Positions 26,645-39,135 of a stretch of DNA of 64,000 bases are shown piece after piece. The translations under genes were made by a program, and so were the position numbers. The stretch's first letter is position 1, and every line of letters starts with the position of its first letter. The DNA lies in NCBI RefSeq assembly GCF_006345805.1, contig NC_042999.1, positions 74,586,001 to 74,650,000 of the forward strand, given 5' to 3'. This DNA is from Octopus sinensis (lineage: Eukaryota). The notes under the pieces are model-generated. The model worked only from the letters and a program-made list of their open reading frames with translations. It was not told the DNA's origin and did no database searches.

Positions 26645-26766
26645 AAGGTGGTACTTTCGACAAAGCAGATGTAGAAGATATATCAACCATCGGCACCGTT
26701 TCAAGTTCCCCTGCCACGATGTCCCAATGCGATGCAGATGATGTTTATCTCACAGAATCTGTTTAA
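26645..26766 (+). CDS. BCAS3: Probable terminal coding exon of BCAS3
   Basis: Strong acceptor (TTTTCTTTTCTGCAG), phase-1 compatible. Reads EGGTFDKADVEDISTIGTVSSSPATMSQCDADDVYLTESV then TAA. Unique non-repeat sequence, but only weak similarity to the vertebrate C-terminus. Confidence 0.65.
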
Positions 26767-27242
26767 TTTAATTTTATAATTAACTTCCAATTAATTTCTA
26801 ATTAATTCTAATTTTTTTTCTGATTATTATATATTTTTTAAAATTCCAGCCCCACATCATTACAGATCTCAGTGCTGTTTCCTCTTTTTTGTCACAATCC
26901 ACCTTGGTATACTCCTCCCTATGTGTTTCTTGTGTGTCATATATATATGTATGTGTGTGTGTATATATGTATATATACACTTTTACATGTTTCACTCATT
27001 TGACACTGGCCATGCTGGAACACAGCCTTAAAGAGTTTTAGCTGAAGAAATTGAACCCCCAAGAGTTATTCTTTGTAAGCCTAGTTACTTTATATTCTAC
27101 CGGTGTCTTTTTGCTGAACCACTATGTCATGGAGTGGAGGGGGAGGAAGATGTAAACGCATCAAGACTGTTCAAGTGGTAATGGAGGACACACAGACACA
27201 CACAAATATATACATATATATTTATATATATATGTGTGTGTG

Positions 27243-27295
<53 letters not shown>

Positions 27296-27514
27296 GTGTG
27301 TATGTATAACATGTTTCTTTCAGTTTCTGTCTACCAAATCCATTCACAAGGCTTTTGTTGGCCCGTGGCTATAGTAGATGATGTTTGCCCAAGGTGCCGC
27401 ACAGTAGGATTGAACCATGTAGTTAGGAAGCAAGCGTTTTACCACACAAGCCACACATGCATACACGCATACGCACGCACGCATGCACACACACACTCAA
27501 ACACATATATTTAT

Positions 27515-27945
27515 ATTATTACAAATTTGAGATTTTACCAATAGAACCAAACTCCTATTTCAGGATAACCTTATTGTATGGAATACACATAGAAAGTTAT
27601 ATCCAATAAAATAATATAAGCATGTAAAAAACCTACTATAAAATACAATAAAATTATTTGAAAACTTCTTATATAACTTACCTGTTATTAGTCTGTGGAG
27701 GAAGAAGATATTTTTAATGAACGCTTCATGTGTTTCTGTGCTGGTGGGGAGTTTATAAAGGCTATACCTAATGCATAAATCTACCAGTGTGTCCTCAGGC
27801 TATTTATCTTATTGTTATTATTATCATTAACAAATCAAAGTTAAGAATACATATTATAAGTCATATTAAATAGAAAAAATAAGAATATGAATAAAAAATA
27901 TATAAATTACAAATATATTTTTTAAAGAATTAAAAAATTAAACAA
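27515..27945 (-). repeat. Family D hammerhead repeat, inverted partner of 30810-31230
   Basis: Reverse-complement similarity over ~400 bp. Hammerhead motif at 27723-27800. Confidence 0.7.
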
Positions 27946-28013
27946 GTTGAGAGAGGTATTACTGGCCAGTATTGAAGTGAGAGGAGTAAAATGCCGACAT
28001 AAGAATAACTTTA

Positions 28014-29077
28014 TCTGTATATATGAGGCAGGATGTGTGTGTGTACATGAATGTAGTTTATGCACATCCACAAATTAGCACACATGTCACTCCAATTTTA
28101 GGAGGACATTTGTCACCACCCTATCTGGGTTTTGTCAACTTATTTTTTCCCGAGGCACCCGTGGATATCGGTAAAAATCTATTTTCAACCATTACTTTTA
28201 CCAATTTTGAAAGTTGCTAACATGAGTAAGTCCCTTGTTGCCATAGTCAAGTGAATGTGTGTGTGTATGAGGGAGAGAGATAAGTTGTGTGTTGATGTAT
28301 GTGTGTGTGTGTGTGTGTCAGGGAGAGAGAGAGTGTGTTTGACAGCATCTAACAAAAAAAGTAAAGAAAAAGTATGTGTAAGGGAGAGAGTTTGACTGCA
28401 TCTAACAAAAAAGAAGGTAAAGACAAAGTGAGAGAGAGAGTAAATAAATGACAGCGTTCATCAAAAATAAAAATGTAAAATGTTTTTTTTTCTTCTTAAA
28501 CACGAGATATAGTCTTCAAATTTAGGATGTTTTTGAAAGACACTATATTTCATAATCAGATTATATATACTTTCCCACACAACAATTAAAATATATTCTA
28601 AATTGTTCATGTTTCTCCCTCCTCTCTCACACACACACATTACATTGGGCACGAAAGAGTTTTGTTTATATTTTACGCCGAAGAAAAAGTGATTTGTTGA
28701 GGATCCATTTATTTAACAACAAAGAAACAAAGAGGCAGGTAACAATTTGTCAGTGTATTACACAATATAAATGGGTACAATTTCCAAGGCTTCCCCCATA
28801 CCACAAAAAGGGTTTTGTAGCATTGTAGGAAGCCAGAGTAGTTGATTCTATGCAAAAAATCTGATTTTTTTTTCTTAGTGAAAATCGTGCGAGTGTTAAT
28901 CTACAAATTTACCAACATCTTTTCCATTCATTTCTGTTTATGAATATGTATGCGTAGAAAAAACATATGCAAAAGGTGTACGTACATGTGTGTAAGTGTG
29001 TGTGTGTTGCCCATATATATATTTATATTATTTATATTATATTATATTATATTATATTATATTATATTATATTATAT

Positions 29078-29124
<47 letters not shown>

Positions 29125-29240
29125 AATTTCAACGGATTTCGCCCAAATTTGATGTTGATGTTACTTTGGTTCGAAATAAAGAACTTGATTAGCTTAATAA
29201 TCCTAACTTAATCCTGGGCAAAGCCGGGTTATACTGCTAG
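28014..29240 (+). mobile_element. Non-autonomous Helitron
   Basis: A|TC start at 28014, subterminal hairpin CCTGGGCAAAGCCGGG, CTAG|T end at 29240, no TSD. Confidence 0.72.
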
Positions 29241-29334
29241 TGTATAATAAAATGAAAGATATATAAAATTATAACTCTCCCTACCAGTATGTAATCTCTT
29301 AAACAATTATAAGGAAGAGAGTTAAATGTAGGTA

Positions 29335-29557
29335 TACTCTCTTTTACTCTTACTTGTTTCAGTCATTTGACTGCGGCCATGCTGGAGCCCCATCTTTAGT
29401 TGAGCAAATCGCCCCTAGGACTCCAGGACTTATTCTTTGTAAGCCTAGTACTTATTCTATCGGTTCTCTTTTGCCGAACCACTAAGTTACGGGGACGTAA
29501 GCACACCAGCATCGGTTGTCAAGTGATGTTGGGTGGACAAACACAAACACACACACA

Positions 29558-29598
<41 letters not shown>

Positions 29599-29762
29599 GA
29601 TGGGCTTCTTTCAGTTTCCGTTTACCAAATCCACTCACAAGGCTTTGGTCGGCCTGAGGCTATAGTAGAAGACACTTACCTAAGGTGCCATGCAGTGGGA
29701 CTGAACCCGGAGCCATGTGGTTGGTAAGCAAGCTACTTACCACATAGCCACTCCTGTACCTA
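29335..29762 (-). mobile_element. Abundant tRNA/CORE-like SINE with internal (TA)n; other full or partial copies at 318-390, 9783-9922, 23155-23340 with 23958-24050, 25263-25422, 26975-27455, 33692-34140, and 44872-45160 (+)
   Basis: A-box TGGCT.TGTGG, B-box GGTTCAGTCCC, CCTTGGGCAAGTGTCTT core, GAAACAAGTAAGAGTA tail. Confidence 0.85.
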
Positions 29763-30161
29763 TAATAGAATTTTATAGTAGTTTTAGATACAGATATACC
29801 AGGAACAAAGAATTTATTAATAAATATTACCTTAAAAGGAATAGACAGGCCACATTTAATCTAACATAAATCTCTAAATCTTAAACACTATAAAAAATTC
29901 CAGTTACAGCTAGATTTAAGAGTATAACATATTTGTAGTTATTTTCTCCCCTTGAATTCAACCTCTCTAATATTATTAGTCTTAGAGAATTTTTCAGAGT
30001 ATTTTATGTTATGTTATTCCCATAATACTTAGCACCTGACAGAGAGGGCAGCCATTTACACAGGAATGAGGAGGAGTAAACATTATGTCGATAAGTATTC
30101 TTCCTTTGTTAATTATTTTACTAGATTTTTTACGAGTTTTATTCTACAAATTTATAACGTA

Positions 30162-30556
30162 CTAGCAGTATCGCCCGGCGTTGCTCAGGTTTGTAAGGGA
30201 AATAACTATATAAGCATTTTTAGAGATGTAAAGTATAATAGCCATCTCAATATGGCTAACCACAAAGGGGGGGTGTTACTGTAGCTTTTTACGTTCTGAG
30301 ATTTAATAATAAATTTTTAGAGAGTTACTTCCCTTATATATGCCAAAAATGCATTAAAAATGGGAAAAATTGATGGTAAATTATCTTTAAAATCGTAGAC
30401 TCATCGTAGATGCGCACTAATACCCAGAAGGGCTCGATATGAATCATGACTATAAGATACCCGGTTTTGGTTAAACTGCACTGCAAAATGTGGGAGTAGT
30501 TAGGAATCTAAATCATAGGAGACAGACAGCACACAACCTCACTTTTATATATAACA
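30162..30556 (-). mobile_element. Non-autonomous Helitron-like element
   Basis: Minus strand ends CCTGAGCAACGCCGGGCGATACTGCTAG|T and begins with TATATATAAAA...CTGTCTGTC. Confidence 0.7.
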
Positions 30557-30731
30557 TATATAATGGTTTTTACTAAATAATCTTTTTAAATACCATAAAA
30601 ATGGTAATTTATACTTGTGTACATAGTGGTAAATCTTACATTAAATTATTAATTCCCGCAATGTTTATATAGATAGGTTGTAGGATTTGATGTGTTTATA
30701 ATATAGTCGTTGAGGGTTTCCTTAGGTTTAG

Positions 30732-30778
<47 letters not shown>

Positions 30779-30809
30779 CATCACTATTATAATTTTAGGT
30801 GTTTAACTT

Positions 30810-31230
30810 TTTAAAATTTTTTAATTTTTTAAAAGATATATTTAAAAAAAAAATAATTTATATATTTTTATTATATTTTTATTTTTCTATTTAATATGAC
30901 TTATATGCATTTTTAACTTTGATCCGTTAATAATAATATCAATAAGATAAATAGCCTGAGGATGCACTGGTGGATTTATGTATTAGGTATAGCCTTTATA
31001 AACTCCCCACCAGCACAGAAATATGTGTAGCATTGATTAAAAATATCTTCTTTCCCCACAGACTAATGACATGTAAGTTATATATATTTTTTTCAAATAA
31101 TTTTATAGTAGGTTTTTTTAAATGCTTATATTATTTTATTGGATATAACTGTATGTGTATTACATACATTAAGGTTATCCTGAAATAGGAGTTGCGGTTC
31201 TATTGGTAAAATCCTAAATTTGTAATAATA
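30810..31230 (+). repeat. Family D hammerhead repeat
   Basis: gc CTGAGGA TGcaCTGGTGG...CCACCAGcaCA GAAA TATGTG T A gc at 30954-31031. Confidence 0.7.
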
Positions 31231-31593
31231 TTCTAAATGATACTGTTTACATTGCATTAATAAAGTGTAAAATAGTAAATATCCTGATAACCTGGAATAC
31301 TTATTATTCCTTAAGATTTTAAAAATATCCATATATATATTTACACACACACACACAGGGATTTTGAAAACTAGATAGAATGAAAGTAGATTATTGCTTT
31401 ATTACTAGTCCCTTCTTTTGTGAAAAAAGCACCCTTTTACACCTCCCTAAATTGGTTGGCATTAGGAAGGGTATTCTGTCACAAAAATCCTGCCAAAAGA
31501 GTCAGGAGAGCTTTGTATGGTTGCCTGAATTATAAGTAAGTTTACTGCCATCAGTTCACCAAGAGGAAAAGTTTACTGGGAAAGACACACCTT

Positions 31594-32020
31594 ATTTACA
31601 TTTGTCCTCATCTTGTTTGTTGTTAGCACAACGTTTCAGCTGATATACCCTCCAGCCTTCATCAGGTGTCTTGGGAAAATTTCAAACCTGGGTTCTCATT
31701 CCTAAGGTATTTTTTGATGTTATTATTATTGTTCAGGTGACTGCTTGGAATCAAACTTGGAATTTTAGGGTTAGTAGCCCGCACTCTTAACTACTATGCC
31801 ATATGCCTGTGGGCTACTAACCCCAAGATTCCGAGTTGGACTCCAAGCAGTGACCTGAACAATAATAATAATAATAATAATGATAATAACATTGAAAAAT
31901 ACCTTAGGAATGTTAACCCAGGTTCGAAATTTCCCCAAGACACCTGATGAAAGCTGGAGGATACATCAGCCGAAACGTGTTAACGACAAACAAGATGAGG
32001 ACAAATATCCATCAAATGTT
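31594..32020. mobile_element. Family A tRNA-head/hammerhead SINE, head-to-head inverted pair
   Basis: Complete minus copy at 31594-31808 joined to a 5'-truncated plus copy at 31811-32020. Confidence 0.82.
31627..31668 (-). ncRNA. Minimal type I hammerhead (family A, complete variant)
   Basis: cac CTGATGA A GGCTGG-agggtata-TCAGCT GAAA CG T T gtg. Palindromic AACGTT stem III, GUU site. Confidence 0.72.
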
Positions 32021-32663
32021 CACTCCTACACATGTCAAATTTAAGCAGAGAATACAACCTGGCAACCACACCAGACTCTGAGGGTGGAGTCTTCGACTTG
32101 GCCTGAGCATGGACTCAAACCCAAATGAAATGAAATGAAATGAAATGTACATAATTCCACATCTCTTAAATCTAGAACTGTGAAGTCACACCTGTTTCTT
32201 CCTCATTCTTGATCACTTTCTCTCTCTGTCTCTTGCTGGGTAACCATGTGCCTCCATTACAGCAAGACACCTGTTTTTATGTCTCTGTCACACTTGACCT
32301 TTTATCATTTGACACAAGATTACCCCCTCTAATGCTCCCCCCCTCTTCTCAAAGGATCTTTGTCATGCAAGTAATTTGTGACCCTGCCAGTGTTGGTGTC
32401 ATGTAAAAAGTATCTTGTTCACACTGTTAAGTGGTTGATGTTTGGAAGTGGTTGATGTTTGCTGGTGCAATATAAAAAAACTCCCAGTATTCTCTGTGAA
32501 ATGACTGGCATTAGGAAGGACATCCAGTTGTAGAAACCATGCCAAAACACTATAGGAGTTATTGCATTCTTCTCCCTAGCTAGCTCTGGTCAAATCATCC
32601 AACGCATGCCAGCATAGAAGACAGGAGTCAAATATTGATGATAATCTAATATAGATATACAAA

Positions 32664-33395
32664 TATGAGGGTGAGTCAAAAAGTAATGCCATTTTGTTTA
32701 GGACAAGTATAATTACCAACATAGGAACATGTATCATACATCAAAATGAAGCTGATCCTCTATGGATCACATCCCTACTTCTCAACATAGTCACCGTTTC
32801 TTTCAATAGCAATGTTCCAGCTTCAAATGAGAGCATGTAACCCTGCCCCGTAAAATTTTGTTGACTGTTCTTTGGGCCACTTCTTCACTACCTCCGCACT
32901 CACCTGATTTAGCGCCTTCAGACTATCATCTCTTCGGTGCCACAAATGAGGGTTTGAGAGGCAAACATTATTCCAGTGACGAGGAAATGAAAACTGTAGT
33001 GGAAAAGTGGCTCAAAAAACAGTCAACAGAATTTTACAGGGCAGGGATACATGCTCTCATTCGAAGGTGGAACATTGCTATTGAGATAAATGGTGACTAC
33101 GTTGAGAAGTATGGATGTGATCCATAGAGGACCAGCATCTTTTTGATGTATGATACCTGTTCCTGTGTTGGTAATTATACCTGTCCTAAACTAAATGGCA
33201 TTACTTTTAGACTCATCTCATACATGCTCTCATTTGAAGGTGGAACATTGCTATTGAGAGAAACAGTGACTATGTTGAGAAGTAGGGATGTGATCCATAA
33301 AGGACCAGCATCATTTTGATGTATGATACCTGTTCCTGTGTTGGTAATTATACCTGTCTTAAACAAAATGACATTAATTTTTGACTCATCCTCGT
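32664..33395. mobile_element. MITE-like mariner derivative with ~200-bp inverted 3' ends and a tandem duplication of the right end
   Basis: 32664-32885 inverts the 3' end. 33047-33220 is repeated at 33220-33395. PHSPDLAPSDYHLF motif. Confidence 0.8.
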
Positions 33396-33924
33396 ATATC
33401 ACTTGATTATATAATCAACCAGACTCTTCCATGTTAAACATCAATATTCAAAGTGCTTTTACAGCTGTTTTCTTCCATCTGTAGCAGGGGTGTCAATCTC
33501 AATTGCACAGGGGGCTAGAACTCAAAGTTGTAGACCTAACTGGATCAACATTCGTTAAACATTGTCATCCTTTAATGTCTGCTTTCCATGCTCGCATGGG
33601 TTGAACGGTTTGACTGAGGACTGGTGAGCCAGAGGCTGCACCAGTCTCAATCTGATCTGGCCCTATCTGATATATATATATATATATATATACTCTATTT
33701 TTACTTGTTTCAGTCATTTGACTGTGGCCATGCTGGAGCACTGGCTTTAGTCAAAGAAATCGACCCCAGGACTTATTCTTTGTAAGCCTAGCACTTATTC
33801 TATCGGTTCTCTTTTGCTGAACCGCTAAGTCATGGAGACGTAAACAAACCAGCATCGTTTGTCAAGCAATGTTGGTAGGGACAAACACAGACGTATAAAC
33901 ATACATACACACACACACACACAA

Positions 33925-33977
<53 letters not shown>

Positions 33978-34137
33978 TATATACGAAGGGCTTCTTTCAG
34001 TTCCCGTCTACCAAATCTACTCACAAGGCTTTGGTCAGCCCGAGGCTATAGTAGAAGACACTTGCCCAAAGTGCCGGGAGTGAACCCGGAGACATGTGGT
34101 TGGTAAGCAAGCTACTTACCACACAGTCACTCCTATG

Positions 34138-34180
<43 letters not shown>

Positions 34181-34489
34181 TCATCATCATCATTGTTTTT
34201 AATGTCCGCTTTCCATGCTGGCATGGGTCGGACGGTTTGACTGAGGACTGGTGAGCCAGAAGGCTGCACCAGGCTCAATCTGATCTGGCAAAGTTTCTAC
34301 AGCTGCATGCTCTTCCTAATGCCAACCACTCCGAGAGTGTAGTGGGTGCTTTTTACATGCCACCGGCATGAAAGCTAGTCAAGCGGTTTTCAAGCAGTGG
34401 AAAAGTGAACTTTTTTTAAATAGTGATATGAATTAAAACAGGAAAAATGTGAAAATAATAGCAAATCAAGGCATACGAATTTTCATGTC

Positions 34490-35086
34490 ACACCACACCA
34501 CACCACACACTACCATACTACATCACTCCGCACTGACCCCTACCCTGCACCCACACCATCCACACACCTACAATGCACACACGCACACGTCAAGGTCACC
34601 AGCCCATATCCACACGCACATACAGGCTCATACGCACGCACCTTCGTTTTAGGACCACGACTACTTTATTATCTCCCCTTAGTTCTCCCGTCTGACCACC
34701 TCTGTCCAGCATTCGCCATGATTGATTGCTAGCCACTAAACCTTTTCTTATTTTCTCTCTCTGTGTTCTTTTATGTTGAAGAGCGTAGGCTCGAAATGTA
34801 AAATACTTTCTCACTTCCTGAGCATTAAACTAATACATCTGTTGTTTACACACCCGTCTTCGTCTTTTGTTTTTTTTTGTAAATTCTCACTATACATATA
34901 TATATATATATTATTGGTGAATTGAAGAAATGGAGCTGAACGCAGATTGAACAGAAATCGTTTTATTTCATTCTACACGTGTTTCGAAAGGCACAAATTA
35001 CCAAAATCTGCTGTGATTTTTGCTACTAAGGTATCGGTTAAACTTTTGATTAATCTACTACAAGATTATTCATCTTTCTATTTCAC

Positions 35087-35138
<52 letters not shown>

Positions 35139-35928
35139 CTTAGCCATGATAGATCGCTAGCCACTAAGCGTTTTTTAATTTTCTCTCTCCTTATTTCTGC
35201 CTTCCTTTCTGTTGAAGAGCGTAGGCTTGAGATGTAAAAGAGTTTCTCACTTCCCTAGCATTAAACTAATGCATCTGTTTGTTGTTTACACACCCGTCTT
35301 TTGTTGGTTTTTTTGTAAATTCTGCCTATATATATATATGAGAGATCAAAGGATACATACGCCACTATATGTATATAAAAAAAAAGAATACAAAAAATGG
35401 GACAAGAACGCAACAGGCGACAACAAAACATTCAGATAGTTGGATGATACAAAAAAGGGCATGAAAAAACAATGACGGGTCATTTGGAGTTTTCTTTCGT
35501 CTGTTGAGTTCCAGATCATCTTTGCAGTTTTAGAAGAATGCACGAATGTATACGAAAACAAGGACGGGGAAAAAATGGAGAAATAGTACACAAATACAAT
35601 TGTAAACAACAGGGCATTGACAACAGGTATCTTTTGACTAAGGACGAATTAAATTAAGCTGGCGAGTGTGGAAATGAAGCCTTACGGCAGGGACATAAGA
35701 GATGACAGGTATGGGAAGAAATATAGATGTTGCACGGATGGTAGTCAAACCTGAAAGAAAGGTCAGGCTTGGCCGAACACCGGTCACATGGAAGGAGAGG
35801 AGAGAGGTAGAGGCAGAGGAATAGAAGAATTAAGGAGGGACAGTGAAAGAGGAGGTAAGGCCAGGAAATGTGAGAGGAGTGGAAAGAACGAAGTAAGTGT
35901 GAAGGGGCTGAAAGAATAAGAGAGTCAT

Positions 35929-35970
<42 letters not shown>

Positions 35971-36360
35971 TAGCCACTAGACCTTTTTCTATTTTCTCCC
36001 TGTTTATTTCTGTGTTTCTTTCTGTCGCAGAGCATAGGCTCGAAACGTAAAAGACTTTCTCACTTCCCGAGCATTAAACTATTACATCTGTTTGTTGTTT
36101 ACGCACCTGTCTTCGTCTTTTGTTCTTTTGTAAATTCTCACTATATATATATATACATATATACACATTCGCCATGATAGATCGCTAGCCACTAAACCTT
36201 TTTATATTTTCTCTCTCTGCTTATTTCTGTGTTCCTTTCTGTCAAAGAGTGTAGACTCGAAACGTAAAAGACTTTGTCACTTCCCGAGTGTTAAACTAAT
36301 ACATCCGTTTGTTGTTTACACACCCGTCTTCGTCTTTTGTTTTTTGTTGTTTTTGTAAAA
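34490..36360 (+). repeat. Cluster of four family C hammerhead-variant repeats separated by (TA)n
   Basis: GCTAGCCACTA...CTGTNGAAGAGCGTAGGCTCGAAACGTAAAAGAC...GTAAATTCTCAC units at ~34700-34895, 35140-35330, 35970-36145 and 36166-36360. Confidence 0.8.
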
Positions 36361-36369
36361 TCCAACCAT

Positions 36370-37320
36370 ACCAATTTTCACTCAGTTTGTCAGAGCTGGA
36401 TGTTTGGCATCTTTTCTTGGCGACAAGTTTATTTATATTTGGAATAAGTCCCTGTGTTATGGAGATTTTCAGGATGAACTGCAGGTGTTCATCAGTGAAA
36501 CGACTCCTGTGTGATGTTTTGTTAATCTTCATCACAGACAAGAATTACTCACACAAATATGTGCTACCAAACATGCTTAAGGTTCAAGTCGTTTGTAGAC
36601 AAAGCCGGGGCATCTCTAAGAATGAAACAAGTGAACTAAACAGGTCCCACAGTGTCGTACTTTACTTGTAGAGTTCCATCTACAAATGTACAGGTGCAGT
36701 TTCTATGTTGATGGTAATGGGTTATAAAACACCTTGAAATTACTTCCTTGCACTAACGTGGTGTGCAAGCTCAGGTTTTTGGGAACATCATGGCGCTGAC
36801 TTGGTTCAACATTGCTTTGCAGCAAAGAAAGTGAAGCAAGTTGCATTTGTCTCCCATAAGCACAGCTTCACTTGAAAAGCCTTCACTGCACCATGCGTAC
36901 CAGTGATCAAATGGTCCTGTCCCTGGAGCTGTAGGTTCAACACATTGAGACGAGTAGTTATGTCAGACAGAAATACCAATTCACATTTCCAATTTTCACC
37001 CCACAAAACTGTGGAGACTTTTCCTTTGCTGTCCACAAACTGACAGTTTTCCTCAGCGATTGCCAGTGATTTAAACCTTTGACTCTGATAAAGTCGACAG
37101 TTTGTGTTACAGTGCGCATTATATGATCCATGTTGAGGGCTTTACCGTGCAGTAATCCTTAAGTATGTGATGCAGTGATATTCTATCAACTCACCAGTAC
37201 AGTCCCCCTGCATGTTTAACCGCATTCTTCCTACTAGTCCGCTTTTTCACTGCACGTCACCAGTGTGCCATCTGTTGTAAGTTAAACAAGTTTGCCTCAA
37301 GGCAAGTTCATGTCAGTTAA
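36370..37320 (-). mobile_element. Decayed hAT (Charlie/SPIN, GTF2IRD2-like) transposase fragment
   Basis: WKCELVFLSDIT..LNVLNLQLQG and MFGSTYLCE..SVMKINK..HRSRFTDEHL (hAT dimerisation domain). Possible TIR CAGGGGTGTCAA at 33485. Confidence 0.8.
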
Positions 37321-37332
37321 ACTTTGGCATAT

Positions 37333-37469
37333 ACATTATTTATATTTGACAGATATTTGTCCTCATCTTGTTTGTTGTTAACACGTTTTGTCTGATATAC
37401 CCTCCAGCGTTCATCAGGTGTCTTGGGGAAATTTCGAACTTGGGTTCTCATTCCTAAGGTATTTTTCGA

Positions 37470-37524
<55 letters not shown>

Positions 37525-37626
37525 ACTATTCAGGTCACTGCCTGGAATAAGAACTCGGAATCTTGGGGTTAGTAGCCCATGCTCTTAATTACTATGCCAT
37601 ACGCCCGAGTTCAATCCAGGCAGTGA

Positions 37627-37667
<41 letters not shown>

Positions 37668-38185
37668 TCGAAAATACGTTAGGAATGAGAACCCAGGTTC
37701 GAAATTTCCCCAAGACACCTGATGAAAGCTGGAAGGTATATCAGCCGAAATGTGTTAACAACAAAGAAGATGAGGACAAATATCCGTCAAATGTAAATAA
37801 TGTAGATAATGTACGTAATTCCTCATCTCTTCAGTATAGAACTGAATAATAATAATAATAATAATAATAACATTGAAAAATATCTTAGGAATAAGAACCC
37901 AGGTTCGAAATTTCCCCAAGACTCCTGATGAAGGCCCTTAACCACTAGCCCATGGGCATATAGCGTGGTGGTTAAGAGCGTAGGGCTACTAACCCCAAGA
38001 TTCCGAGTTTGATTCCAAGCAGTGACCTGAACAATAATAATATCGAAAAATTCCTTAGGAATGAGAACCCAGGTTCGAAATTTCCCCCAAGACACCTGAT
38101 GAAGGCTAGAGGGTATATCAGCTGAAATGTGTTAACAACAAACTATATGAAGACAAATATCTGTCAAATGTAAATAATATAGTAA
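37333..38185. mobile_element. Family A cluster: inverted pair (37333-37803), partial copy (37840-37935) and complete + copy (37954-38185)
   Basis: Head GGGCATATAGCGTGGTGGTTAAG...GGG-CTACTAA-CCC...GAGTTTGATTCC, then (AAT)n, then a CTGATGA...GAAA tail. Confidence 0.82.
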
Positions 38186-38759
38186 CAACGTACTCATATT
38201 ACAATAATCTATGACAATTATTGCTGCTCTCTGAGAAAAAGTTTTGAAACGTTTTTATACACCTCATATATGAAACCCCCTCCCGAAATTTCATTTTCTT
38301 CAGACATATGCATTGCATTCATATATTATCAGAACCTTGATTGCTTATATGCGATTGTTAATTTTATATTTAAAATTGTTTTTCAAGTTTGGTTTAATTT
38401 CTGATTATTATTGTAAAAAACAGAACAAAAACAGAATGGAATATTTAACACCAAAACACCCTGATTTCTCTGTCAAATATAATCCTTACTTATTCATGTT
38501 GTTTTGGATTAATCCTGGATTATCTCATAGCTTTGCGATTATGTTGATATGTTTGACTATTTTTTTAACATCATTGTAGGATAAGTGTGAGAGGTCAAAT
38601 CTGACCAGTTTGAACATAAAACGGAGAATATTTATGATGGATATGGCCAGGTTATATGCAAAAACAAATATTGTAGGGTAGGTGTGAAAGGTTAGATTTG
38701 GCCATTTTGTTTACTAAAACAAGAAATTTCACCAGATATGGTTAGTTTAAATGCTGAAA

Positions 38760-39135
38760 ACATCATCTACACACCACTTCCCACACCATCATCTACACAC
38801 CTATACATGCACACACACACACGTCAAGGTCACCAGCCCTCTTCCACGCACATACATGCTCTTATGCAGACGCACGCACACCTTCGTTTTGGAATCACCG
38901 CTACTTTATTATCTCTCCTTCTTCCTAGCTCTCCTGTGTGACCTCTCTCTCCAGCATTCACCATGATAGATCGCTAGCCACTACACATTCTTTATTTTCT
39001 CTCCCTGTTTCTTTCTGTGGAAGAGCGTAGGCTCAAAATAGTAAAGACTTTTCCACTTCCTGAGCGTTAAACTAATACATGTTTGTTGTCTACACCACCT
39101 GTCTTTGTCTTTTGTTTTTTTGTGAATTCTCCCCT
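38760..39135 (+). repeat. Family C long unit (also matches 34490-34895)
   Basis: Shares ACGTCAAGGTCACCAGCCC...GCACCTTCGTTTT. Hammerhead-like motif at 39010-39048. Confidence 0.72.

Noticed and set aside
27605-27610. AATAAA as the BCAS3 polyadenylation signal
   Set aside because: One of many such hexamers in AT-rich repeat DNA; cannot be chosen without transcript data.
37954-38028. Functional tRNA-Ser(ACT) gene
   Set aside because: Imperfect stems, no long variable arm, and it is the head of a multi-copy repeat.
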